A DNA stretch of 64,000 nt from Azolla caroliniana. Its lineage: Eukaryota; Plantae; Polypodiophyta. The stretch is taken from contig JBHGNT010000015.1 in assembly GCA_043228905.1 (NCBI GenBank), positions 18,104,001 through 18,168,000 on the forward strand, in the 5' to 3' direction. The notes beneath the pieces are model-generated. The model saw only the letters and a program-made list of their open reading frames with translations. It searched no databases and was not told the DNA's origin. This document shows, piece after piece, positions 1-12,078 of the stretch (positions within the stretch are counted from its first letter, which is position 1; each line of letters begins with the position of its first letter). The translations under genes and the position numbers were made by a program.

Positions 1-696
1 ACGTGTTTGTAGAGACAGAGAGGAAGAGAGAGAGAGAGAGAGAGTGTGCGTGTGTGTGTAGGGAGAGAGAGAGTGTGTGTGTGTGTATGTAGAGTGAGAG
101 AGAGAGAGAGTGTGTGTGTGTATGTAGAGTGAGAGAGAGAGAGAGTGTGTGTGTGTATGTAGAGTGAGAGAGAGAGAGAGTGTGTGTGTGTGTGTATGTA
201 GAGAGAGATAGTGTGTGTGTATGTAGGGAGAGAGAGAGAGAGTGTGTGTGTGTATGTAGAGTGAGAGAGAGAGAGTGTGTGTGTGTGTATGTAGAGTGAG
301 ACAGAGAGAGAGAGTGTGTGTGTGTGTGTGTAGAGTGAGAGAGAGAGAGAGAAAGTGTGTGTGTGTAGAGAGATACAGAGTGTGTGTGTAGAGAGAGAGA
401 GAGAAAGTGTGTGTGTGTAGAGAGAGTGGTGTGTGTAGAGTGACAGAGTGTGTGTGTGTAGAGAGAGAGTGTGTGTGTGTAGCGAGAGAGAGAGAGAGAG
501 AGAGTGTGTCGTAGAGTGAGAGAGTGTGTGTATGTGTAGAGAAAGAAAGAAAGAAAGATATATTAACGTCTTCTAAGAGAGAGACAGACAGTGTGTGTGT
601 GTATGTAGATTGAGAGCCAATTCAACGTGTCGGTAGAGAGAGACAGAGTGTGTGTAGAGAGAGAATGAGTGAGTGTGTAGAGAAAGAGAGAGAGTT

Positions 697-727
<31 letters not shown>

Positions 728-932
728 TGTGTGTGTGTGTGTGTGTAGTGAGAGAGAGAGAGTATATGTGTAGTGAGAGAGTGTGTGTAGAGATAGATAG
801 CCAGAGAGGCAAGAGTGTGTGTGTAGAGATAGATAGTCAGAGACAAGAGTGTGTGTGTGTGTAGAGAGAGACAGTGAGTGTATGAATGTGTGCAGAGAGA
901 GAGTGTGTGTGTGTGTATGTGTGTGTGGAGAG
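1..932. repeat. Compound (AG)n/(TG)n microsatellite with recurring GTATGTAGAGT unit
   Basis: Alternating gagaga and gtgtgt tracts; explains the THTHTL/SLSLS ORFs. Confidence 0.97.
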
Positions 933-1033
933 AGAAATTTAGGAAAGAAAGATGAAGATCAAAGGAGAAGAAGGCATTCATTGTATGAGAGGAGCAGCTT
1001 TCTCCAGCTTTCTCCAGAATAAAGAGAGGCTAG

Positions 1034-1107
1034 ATGGATATAGCTCAATTGGTAAGGTTGCTCAATGGAGACCAGGCAGGATCATGGGTTCAAGCCCTGC
1101 ATTCCAC
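1034..1107 (+). pseudogene. Degenerate tRNA-like sequence (A box/B box), SINE head or LTR-borne cassette
   Basis: TAGCTCAATTGG at 1041 and GGTTCAAGCCC at 1087 at tRNA-like spacing; acceptor and anticodon stems poor; T-arm region resembles the one at 61061-61080. Confidence 0.55.
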
Positions 1108-4100
1108 AATGGCATCTAGTGAAATAAGATATCTCATTAGATAACTATCTAATCAAGAGGTGAGAAAATTGGGGTTTTAACCCAAGATGTGTTAACAACT
1201 TATTGCTTGGTTAATTAAGCTAATTATGATAATAAATAAATAGAGAGAGAGAGAGAGAGAGTGTGTGTGTGTGCGCGCGCGCTTTTGTTGTTTGGACAAA
1301 TGGCTGCAAGGAAGCCCCACCAGGAAGAGCGAGAAGCAGGAAGTGTTGTCGCATGTTAACCATAGATGTAGTTGAGAGGAGAGTAGGTGTGTCTCGTCCG
1401 ACCGCGTCTATTTTGTTGTCCGCCCGCCAAAAAGGAAAGGGCGTGTTTCATTTGTGGAGAAAGTAAAGAGGTTATACCAACTTGTTGTGCGTTCTTATGA
1501 TTATTGTTGCGCCTATTCACACAGAAAAACAGAATGATGAAGTTGTTCTCCCGAGTCCCAATTTCGATTCATTCGATAGTATGGTGGCATTGGCGTCCAC
1601 GCCATCTTTATTTTCTCGAGAGCTTGGGTATGGTGTTAACCTTTTTTTATCCTTTTCGCAGAGTTTCTTGAACATGTGCACTTGTACACACTTTTCGGCC
1701 CCCTCCTTAGAAGAGAAACGAGAATTCATCCACATAGCAAAAACCGTGCACATGAGAAGGTAAAGAAACGCCCCTCTCATTTCAATACTATTTGTTTAAA
1801 TGTGTCGTATGGTATCAATAATATGTTTCTTGTATTTCTATCAAGGTGAAAGAAAGAAAGAAAGAAATTTGGCATAAATGAACGACGTGACATTAGAAAG
1901 GTAAGTCATTGAAAGCGTTACGAAGGAACTCAAATGGGAAAAAATGGCTTTTGTAGTGAAAAAGTAATTACCATGTGATCTTGCAACGGAAATAATCGCG
2001 GAGGTGTCACCCTTGGAGAAAGAAAAACAGTCCATTCCATTCACTTGTCAATGTTCGACGAACTCACTGTTGTGGATAATACAAAAATAAATAGTGCCCT
2101 CCAGTGTTTATTGAAGTACTCTTGAAAGGTTATGGAGCATATCAAGCTACACATACCCTTGTTGGACAAAGGAAGATATTAATGAGCTCCTTTAAATAAG
2201 AAGTTTACATGCATTGATAAGACAATCACAAATGATTGGTTATCAGTTCTTATGAGTGCGTGACGATGTTAGAGTATCGAGATTCTAAGGTTCAATAGTA
2301 TAAAATAGTGTTGCGGTCACTAATGGTGAAGCTTTTGGTTTTCAATACTATAATAATAGGCTCAAGTCTCAAGCATCAGGTTTGTTGTTTTGCCAATTAT
2401 AAAAATTCATTCTAATAGTAGTTTAAGAACATGCACGCTAACGGTTTGCTAACGTATTACTAGGAAAAATTCTTTACAAGTGTACTTGAGATAATGTGCC
2501 GCAGCCCGCTCCTTAAAAAAGGTGACTTTTACAATATTGGCATTGATATTGAAGGAGTGTAAAGGATACCAATGCCCTTTGGAAAAGGCCCTACTAATAA
2601 AGTGACTATGAGCTTAGGCAACTTGCAAGTTGGCAATAGAAGGGAGATTTGGGAAAGCTACATGGCGCTGGACATACAACTCGTTGGGTGAAAATAAACA
2701 AGGGACGATAGTTAGGGCATTGGAATGAAGCTTTAGCGAATAGACCATAGTGGCAACAACCACATTCGACGAGAGAGTGTTGTGCATAGAGCTTTATACC
2801 AAAGTATCTTGTAGAGGAGTACGGAGCACATTTAGTATTATTGTCATTTTATGGGATGCAAAACACTAGGGTGCGGCAATGAGAGAGCTTCGAGGGAAAG
2901 GTTTGGGAGAAGGGACATGGTCATGACATGGACACAATTCATTAGTTGCGAGATCGTGGGGGACAATGACAAGGGATTCCAAGGGCAATAAAACATTTGA
3001 CCAAAATATTACCATCCATCAAAGGGTGTCCACTATCTATCTACACAAGATTAAAAAATTTCATGATTAATCAATACATAGTCATAATCGATTGATTAAT
3101 GGTAAAGGTGAGTACCGTGTGGAAGAGGTTGTGCCAAATCGATTATTTGGTTAATAACCAATCATTTGGATTGCTCATATAAGAAAGTATTAATTAGACA
3201 ATCATGGCACACCATTAAACACATAATTTGTTGAAGAAAAAGAAAAGACAAGAACAAATCAGTAACCGGTTGGTGACCATGCGCGGTGAAGGTATTAAAT
3301 CACTTGGCAGATAAGGATTTAATGATAATTTTACACAACCTGAGATCTTGCGAATCCTAGTAAATACAACGTCATTCTTAAAAATTCCCCTTAATTAAAT
3401 TATGTTCCACGTGAAAGTGATTGGTGTTGGTGTGGTTTAAGAAAGTAAAGTTTATTCGTTTTTTTTTCCAAACAAGCACGTATGTAACTTATAGGGTTGT
3501 GCAAGTCCATGAGCACATGGAACTCTCATTTAATTAGCTTGTGATGTCTTTATTTCAGCCCTTGTGCTACTTCGATAAGAAATATCATCAATACCCAACA
3601 CTTTACAGGGTATCATCAATTACACCCCATGATCTTTTTCGGAATACAATGATATTTTTCTCGAGTCCTTAACAAACAAGAAAAAGTGAAGGTAAAGTAT
3701 GAATGTAGATAATGAGGATTTCTTTTAATCAAGGAAACCTAATTTCATTATCACACAACTTAATTAGAAGAAAGAAAAATAATCACGGTCAAACTAATTA
3801 ACTACGATGCCAATGGTGAGAGGTATTTATGCTATCATCCCTCGCTAATCTTGGTACTTGATTCTAGTCATATGCATTTTATTCTAGTACATAGACCACT
3901 TCATCTTATTCATCATCACCACTCTTTCGATTGTGGTTGCTTTTAGACAAACATCTTGGCTTTTCTTCACTTTAGACACCTCTCCATCTTGGATCGACCA
4001 ATGTTGGAGATCTTTCAAAGGTAGAAGTTTCAACCCAAGTAAGCTTAGAAAGTTATTGCCCGACTAGCAATATTATCTAGTACCTTAAATAGTTTATTAA

Positions 4101-4822
4101 TTTCAATATTCAATTTGTTATTTTGAAAGATGAGACAACATTTTAAAATGCTACCACTAGTTCAGTCATACTATTTAGATATGTGTAGCCTATTTTAGAT
4201 TGATGAGACAACATTTAAAAATGCAATCTCTAGTTCGGTCTTAGTATTTTAACAATGTTTGCTAACTAGTAACATGTGCATGAATGATGGATTAATGTAT
4301 CAAAATGGAAAGGATTTAGTGGAGACCTCAATGACAGTAAAAAGGGTGTCTTAAAAAAGGTCCTATTATTCTAAAAGAAAAACAAGTCCTCATAGTAAGA
4401 ATCTCTTCATAGTTTGCCATTGTCTTTGCTTGTATTCTCAAGATGATTGAAGTGAGTGGATGCATGTACACATGGGCATGCTATATATTGGACATTTGAC
4501 TGGTGGAAGTTGCCATATTTATTGGTCACCCTCACATATATGTACTAAGGAGATGCTATTGTACATGCCACATGGGAAGAGTGCCTCTCTTAATGATGGT
4601 GGGCCGTAGCATTAGAGTATCTGAAAGAGGTCACCCTTGTGTACGATATCTTAATAATTGATTATGAACAATTTTTTTCTTTGAGTGTACAATGTGTTTC
4701 AATATGTTTTCAGTAGATAATCTTGTTAAAATGTTAGGCGCGCAACACCATTTGAATACGATCAATGATATAAGATAATGTGAAACATTTTAATGAACTT
4801 AGATGGAATTAACTCTGTGTGT

Positions 4823-4827
<5 letters not shown>

Positions 4828-4870
<43 letters not shown>
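4828..4870. repeat. (AG)n microsatellite
   Basis: Uninterrupted AG tract. Confidence 0.95.
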
Positions 4871-4872
<2 letters not shown>

Positions 4873-5799
4873 AGCCTCTAGGGGACTCAAGCATGAGCTA
4901 TGGAATCAACAATCCTTACGAAAAATCTTCCGTTGTGTAAGCGGGGTTTTCTAAATGGTCGAACAAAAGCAACAAGTAATTTTTTAATGAAAAACTAAGC
5001 TAGTTGTGAAAATTTATTCTTTGGATCTTCCATGAGTTATTGTGTTTGAGTAGATAAGCAAGAGCATGTCTATTGTCATTGACAATGGTTCTGTCCTTGT
5101 TAGGAGTTCTTCAAAGATAGTACAACCTTGTATGAGTGCTTGGCAATCATCCCTATTGTTGTAATACACTGAGGGCACATTCATCACATGCCCTCTTTTT
5201 TTGGTTCATATTCAACCAATTATCCATTTCATTTCAAAGATGTGTGTGAGCATGTGCGTATGTGATGGTGCACTTGTCCTAAGGGCATTTATGTCCATAT
5301 GTGACCATTGACGTAAGTCATCCACCTCAATAAATTTCATATTATCGAGTATTCACAGTGTTGCACCATGACCATACTACTTCAAAATGCTATCAAGCTT
5401 TCTGAAAATTATACAAATGGTCCTAAAACGTTTTAAAAATTACGGAACCTATTAAAAAAATAATGAATCATAGCTTTGTCCTTCTAACTATAAAACGACA
5501 AAAACAATCGCAAAGACCTATTGTTTTCTCTAAGTCGACTCTATCCTCTATTTTCTACAACTTAAATATCCCTCGAGGCTTATTCTCACATGATACGTTG
5601 GACTTTACATTTCTTCTCCTCTCTCTCTTTCTCTCGCCTCTACTTCTTTTTGCTTCTTCTTTTTCTATCATTTTAAGCTCTAACTTCAAAATCCACCCAG
5701 ATCTCTTTCTTGTTGTTAATATTTGATCATTCATGCCGAAACAGGCAAAGGGCAACCCCATCAAGAGAACTAGTCCAACTGTGGGTTGTTAAAGCACAT

Positions 5800-6720
5800 A
5801 CATAATGGTCCACAATAATTGAGCCCAAGCTTTCACTTTGAACGTATTATTAATTTGTTTTGATAAACCCAAGATTTCAACAAAGACCACCAAGGAACAA
5901 GACAAATTTGAACCTCCAATTACACAATTAAGTTCACAACCGAGTTTTTCCATTTACATGACTAAGTCGCATTCCTTGATTGAGTGATAATGGAGGTTGT
6001 AGGTTTGAATGTGACTTTATTTTCTACCTTTTTCTTATTCACTTATTTTTTCAATTTTCAATTTTTTGTTTATTTATACTTTTCTCCATTTTTTGTTAAT
6101 TATTATTGCACACAACCTTGTGTTCTTCATTATTTCCATCTCATCATGACCATCTTTCTTCTCCTCAACACTTCACATTTGCCATTCTCATCACCATTTT
6201 TGGTATTATGGGAATTAGCCCTTGTGTAAACATGATTGGCGATTGTTATGATCCATATGGATTCCAAACTCATTCGTGAGGAATGTAGGACAACGGAATG
6301 AAGATACACAAATGAGGTGTTTGAGGCATGACCTCCTCTCCATCAACATACTTATATAAACACAATGTGAAACAATCCTCAAGAGGAGGAGATTAAATAT
6401 ATTTAGTGCCATTTTTTTATTTCTTTGTGAACCCCTCCCTATTGGATTAGGCATTAATTACGTGGTTATATAAATACTAGGTAAGAGTAAGTGTAATTAT
6501 GGAGCACCTTCCTTATAAGAGGACATATTGATGCCCTAAGTGGATTTTCCTTATAACTAATTAGAGTAGACTCATGTGATTAACGTCATCTATCACAACC
6601 CATGATGGCACTTGGTGACCAAAATGAATTGCAATTATTATAGTGGATGTCATGCAATTGTGGTGATTCCACTTCCACCACTTACAACCATTGTTGCACA
6701 TATGCCTATGTGTGACACAC
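5800..6720 (-). pseudogene. Possible heavily decayed Ty3 integrase relic
   Basis: Faint minus-strand traces: LHD...HFG (zinc-finger-like, ~6610-6660), WESIxMD-like (~6250-6270), KECDLV (~5970); no continuous frame. Confidence 0.25.
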
Positions 6721-6906
6721 TAATACCAAAGCCTTAATAACCGGAAGAGCTCCTATTTGAATATCAAATAATTTTTAGTACTCACTACCAGTGAAGGATA
6801 AATTGTTTTTTTGTCATTTAACCTACTCTTTTGCTTTGACTAGCAAAGACAACTTTAATACTAAGACCAACACATCGATGAAAATACCATTTCTTCACCA
6901 CTAAGC

Positions 6907-7230
6907 TGTTGAGATTCGCTCCTTGAGATTCGAGAAAGAGAAAGACCGGCTCTGGAATACACAACAATGTGGAAGATAGAAAAAACAAGAAGTGCACAGT
7001 ACACAATGTTTTACGTGGAAACCCTAAATGGGGAAAACCACTGGAGAATAGATCTTCACTATACAGTGGATATACAAGACGGTGAGATTACAACACTCTC
7101 TCACCGCAGAGTTTAACAACCTCATAGGGCTCTTGACGTCTAGCTCACTCAGCTATGGCGTTGTTACCTCTCACTCACACACTCTCTCTTCACTGTCGCG
7201 CTCTACAACAAAGGCTCACAACTATTCTAT

Positions 7231-7279
<49 letters not shown>

Positions 7280-7469
7280 GGTTTGCCCTAAGTATATTTA
7301 TACTTATAAATTGTATGGGTTATTTTCAAATGTAGCCAATGCTACTGTCATTCCTATTATAACAATGATAGTTAATCAGCCGACAAGATTCGACTAGTCG
7401 ACTCCAGTGTCGACGGTCTAGTCGGCCCGACTAGTCGGCTGCACCCATAAGAGGGACATATTCCTAACA
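6907..7469 (-). mobile_element. Solo LTR, Copia-type (563 bp)
   Basis: TGTTG...CTAACA termini; 5-bp TSD TAAGC/TAAGT; U5-type hairpin motif TTTTACGTGGAAACCC...GGGAAAACCAC in reverse; internal (CA)n and GACTAGTCG repeats. Confidence 0.8.
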
Positions 7470-9189
7470 TAAGTTGCCTATGATCATCACACGATTCTGA
7501 CATTGTGCCTCTCAGTTTCTTCCTCAAGGATGATTGTTTTTAGTAGTTCTCTTGAATCAACATCATTAATTTTAGGTCAGGGAATACAACTTGTGCATCT
7601 TTCATGTCCATGGTGGTGATCTTAGATGGGATGAATTGATGAGATAAGCGTTTGAGACATTACTGCAACGTTTACACACATGTTGATGGAGGCAAGAGAA
7701 TCACATGATGACTTGATCTTGAGGGTGTAGTATTTGATGGACATACCATCATATACTACATTGACTCCAGCAAAAGGGTATATAAAGTCACACCTCAAAT
7801 TTGAATCCTCCTTTCAAGAATTTTTGAGTTGCGTTGCTCTTTTATTCTCCCCAACACAAAGATATTGTTATGTTTTTCTCTCTTTCCTTCTTTCTCCTCC
7901 CCCCTTTTACATAAAATGAGAGACCCTTTATATAGGGTCTCAAATGCTAAGAGCATGTTGCCACTTAGCGCTCATGCTTTAGCTTACATACAATGATTAG
8001 ATTGAATACATATTTAAGAATATATTTATTAAATAGTTATCCTAGTGAAATTTACATTCCTTCGAGGAAAAAGGGTGTTGAGTTCAAAACCCATTCTTTG
8101 CCCTTATATGAAAATATCACTTTGAAACAGATAAATTACTTGCTTCGGATGTGGATTTCCATTGTGTGCCATTGGCAACATGACATAGATTTGAAGCTTG
8201 CATGTGGTTGTGTCGGTGGAGAATATCTTACATAGATTTCCTTAAGTGTCCTTATGCATTTTTGCATCTCATACATAGCCAAGCATGTGATTTGTGTAAA
8301 CATAATGTTAGTTAGTACATCACATGGCTAATAACCACTTGTCTCTCCGTGGTGTAATAAATGCTTCTTGGATTTGGCATGTCTACCAATTTCCATCAAT
8401 TTCGCCTTCCTATCTTTGTTTGACAAAGAATTTTGTCATTTTATACTTCCAACTTGTAAAGTGTATTCTTCTTATCAAGCTTCTCACTAGGGAGACATAT
8501 ATCATGTTGGTGTAAATTTGTTCTTTCCCTTTGTCTTCCTTCGATCTTCATGGGACAACAAACATGGTGGGTCTCTTCCATACATGAACTATGTAGTTGT
8601 ACTATGTTGTGTTGACTAAATTAATGTGTATTATCCAACTGTTTTTGAATAATGTTAATGAAAAACACCCAACCAAAAGAGAGGCTATATTGATGAAAAA
8701 CCTTCACACTTTAATACCATGTAAATATTTAGAGAACTAGATAGGTAGCCCTCAAGCAATGGAAATATATAAGTATGTGCTTGTTATTCAATATTATGTA
8801 TGAGACATTAGATTGGATTTTTTATTTCCAACAAGGAGGCCAAATTTTGCCATATTGTAGTGTGACTCCACTACTATATAAGGGGCACATATAATCATAC
8901 TATTTTTAACAAAATGGTGACGGTAAACATTGTAAAAAGTGTGTGAAACTAACTATGATATTTCATCTTGCTTGAAAAGGCTAAGTGTCGTCTCTATCCT
9001 AGACATAATGCTAAACATTATGTTAAAAATCCCAATGTTTAGCATCATGTTTTTTAAATTTTTATTGGAGGAGATTTACCTGAAGGCGAGGGAAGGAATG
9101 AAAGATTCAACATTTTTTGTTGGGTGGTAGGGTAAAGGGACATTCAATTCAAATAGTTTGTAGAGGATATTGAAGAAGAAGTTTAACGT

Positions 9190-11203
9190 TGTGTGCCTCT
9201 ATCGCTATTGTGACAACAAGGGTCACACTATCAAGGGTTGTTGGAAAAAGATGGTATATGAGAAGACTGGGTCTAGTAAGACTTCTTGGAAAAAGCCACA
9301 TTGGCCAATAATGTTGCAAATGAGCTTGAGTTGCAGGTCGTGATTGAAGAAGTATGCTCTATAGAAGACATTCAAGTCATTGACGACTCATGTATTCTTG
9401 ATAGTGAAACACCTTGACATATGTCCAATAATCATGATTGTATAGATCTTTGACACCTCTACAAGAGCCCATCAATGTTGTGGTCAGAACAATGCTTGAT
9501 GTCAAGCTAAAGGAACTAAAACCATTTCCTTCAAAGAAATAACCAATGAGACAAAGCATCTCTCTCAAGTGTTGTATGTATCATATCTAAAGAAGAATTT
9601 ATTGTCCATTTTGGCATTGAATGAGAGGGGTCTTGATGTTCAATCAAAGAAGATGCAGAAATAATGGGTTCTATTGGCAAGGTTATGGGATTAGGGGTAA
9701 GGTGCAACAATTTCTATGAGTTGAGCATGTGTATAATCTTTGTCGACCATTGTACCAACACGAAGCAATGACATGAGAGACTTGGGCATCTCGATGTTGT
9801 CGTGTTGAAGGAGATGGAGAAGTCAAATATAGTAGTAAAGTTTCTGGCCCTATCTAGTTTAAGTCATGTGTGTGATGCTCGTATGATGGGCAAGCCCATT
9901 CCAAAAGAGAGTCGAAATCAGATAGTTTCCTCTACGGTTGATACATGTTGACATCTCTAGAAAATTGGCAACTCCTTCAATTAGTGGACCTCTCTACCAT
10001 ATGCTAGTGGTCATTGACTCTAATAGAAATATGTGGGTTTATGTCCTAGAGAAGGCTAAAGGCTTGAGCAACTTCAAAAGATAGCGCCAATTTTTTGAGA
10101 AGGTGTTCAAAAAGTTGGTGAAGGAGTTATGCTATGATCAGGGTGGAGAATTATTATTGGTAGAATTTTGTGAGTACTGTAATGAGCAATAGTCAAAGGC
10201 CTATCAACTCTACGATCTGGAGGCAAGAGAGGTATTTACAAGCAACGATGCGGTGTTTTATGAGAAACAACCACACCTAGAGAAGAAAAAAAGGTTCTCA
10301 AATGATCTCATCAATCAAAGAAATATCCATCCAATGTAGTGTTTGATGAGGAACAATCACATCTAGCTAAGAAGTAAGGTTCTCAAGTGATATCATCAAC
10401 CAAGAAGTATCCATCGTGTGCCAATCCATCTTCTAGAAAAGGACGTTGAATCATCCAATGGTGATGACTCCTAATTTCAACTTGTTGTAGTGCCATCGGC
10501 AAAAGAAATACCTAAGTGGGCTTAACACCTCTTTGATTATCAAAATACTACCATCGAATTTCCTGAAACTTTGACCGATGAATTACCCAGATCAAGAAGA
10601 ATAAAGAAGCAATGGAGAACCTCTGAACACAATGTCTACATAGATTTGATGTTTGACATCATAGCTGTGAGTAAGCTGACCTTGGTGGAGGAAGCCATGT
10701 CGAACCTGAAGTGGAAAGAGGTGATGCCATTAGAATATGACAACATCATGAAGAATGACACGTGGAACTTGGTAGAGAGACCAACATAAAAGATTGGGCA
10801 CCAAGTGGGTGTGGAAAGCAAAGTATAAAGCTAATGGTTCTTTGGAGATGTTCAAGGCCAGGCTAATGGTACAAGGATACTCCCAAAATCAAATCGTTTG
10901 ATATATAATATAACTTTGCCCGATAGCTTGCATAATGACAATTCCACTAGTCATAACTTTGATTTCTTTAAGAGGATGATTGATTTATCTTATGAATGTC
11001 AACTTGGAAGTTCTGAATGGGCATCTCAAGGGGGAGGTATATGTGATGGAACCAATTGGGTCTGAGATGTTACTTTCAAATAACAAAGTTTGCGAGGTAA
11101 AGGAGGGATTGCATGGTCTAAAACAAGCATCGGGAGCTTAGAACCAGAGGATAGACAACTTCTTAAAATTTGTTGACTTTAAACAATGGGCACATGATGG
11201 AAG
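9190..11203 (+). pseudogene. Ancient Ty1/Copia element I, left part (zinc knuckle, PR, IN, RT remnants)
   Basis: Decayed YCDNKGHTIKGC, ILDS..HMS, HERLGHL, YDQGGE, EYDNIMKNDTWNLVERP, FKARLMVQGYSQ and GLKQA motifs with many stops. Confidence 0.8.
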
Positions 11204-11487
11204 TGTGGTGAGTGTCGATGTTTATGCGGAAGTGTTTGTTCATATCATTCGCTTATGAAAAACAAACAACATAAACAGAAAGTAGAGAGGGCAGATTCAG
11301 ACTTACACAGATACGAGCTTTAATGGAAAGCTTCTTATTTTCTGCACAAAGCGTTTTCTCTCAAAATTTACACTCGTCATCATCTATTACAATGTTAGGT
11401 ATTCGCTTATGTACTAAGCCCTAACTTGTTAATGTGTTCACACTAGGACGGATACAAGGTGGAAGGAGTCGGCCTTTTATGCCAACA
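11204..11487 (-). repeat. 3' LTR of element E (284 bp)
   Basis: TG...CA; adjacent PPT (revcomp GGGGGAGTT) at 11488-11496. Confidence 0.9.
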
Positions 11488-11604
11488 AACTCCCCCGTAA
11501 AAGGACTACTCTTCTGTACAATTACAAATGTTTGGGGTTGTGATTTTATGTTACAAGTATGTCGGCAAGTAGTCGAGTCGGCAGAGGTATGGTATGATTT
11601 TCGA

Positions 11605-12078
11605 TCAACTCTTACCTTCTGCTTCTCGTTTGGTTTTCTTCTGCTCGGTCGCTTGTCGTAGTCCCATCTTCGTCCTTAGTGCTCCGAAGCGTTGATCTGG
11701 GAGTAGCTTCGTTAGGCAATCAGCGATGTTCACCTCAGTGTCGATCTTCCAAACTTTGAGCTTCTTCTCGGTTACAAGCTCTTGGATATGATGATACCGC
11801 ACCTCAATATGCTTCGTCTTTGCATGGTAGACGGGATTGTTGATGAGGTGTATTGCGCTCTATGAGTCGCAATGGATGGTCGGCGCTGATTGGTCGGTTC
11901 GGCTTGTAGTTTTGAAATCGGCAATCAGTCGGTGCAACCAGATCGCTTCTTTCGCTGCTTCCAATGCTGCTATGTACTCGGCTTCTGTAGTAGACAAAGC
12001 CGTGCACTCCTGACGTTTCGACCTCCATGATATTGCACTGCCACCATAGGTGAAGATGTAGCCTGATGTCGATTTCCA
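11605..12078 (-). pseudogene. Element E RNase H
   Basis: KSTSGYIF, ISWRSKRQ, ALSTTEAEY, CDS, NIADCLTK. Confidence 0.92.

Noticed and set aside
573-981. ORFs of 63-119 aa in the opening repeat
   Set aside because: Translations of AG/TG microsatellite with no coding signature
1482-1763. IIVAPIH...FDS peptide vaguely like a Ulp1/C48 protease
   Set aside because: Lacks the catalytic HW and QxxxxDCG motifs; no supporting exons seen
2600-3000. Possible decayed gag (VMTWTQF)
   Set aside because: Single short motif with no frame or termini
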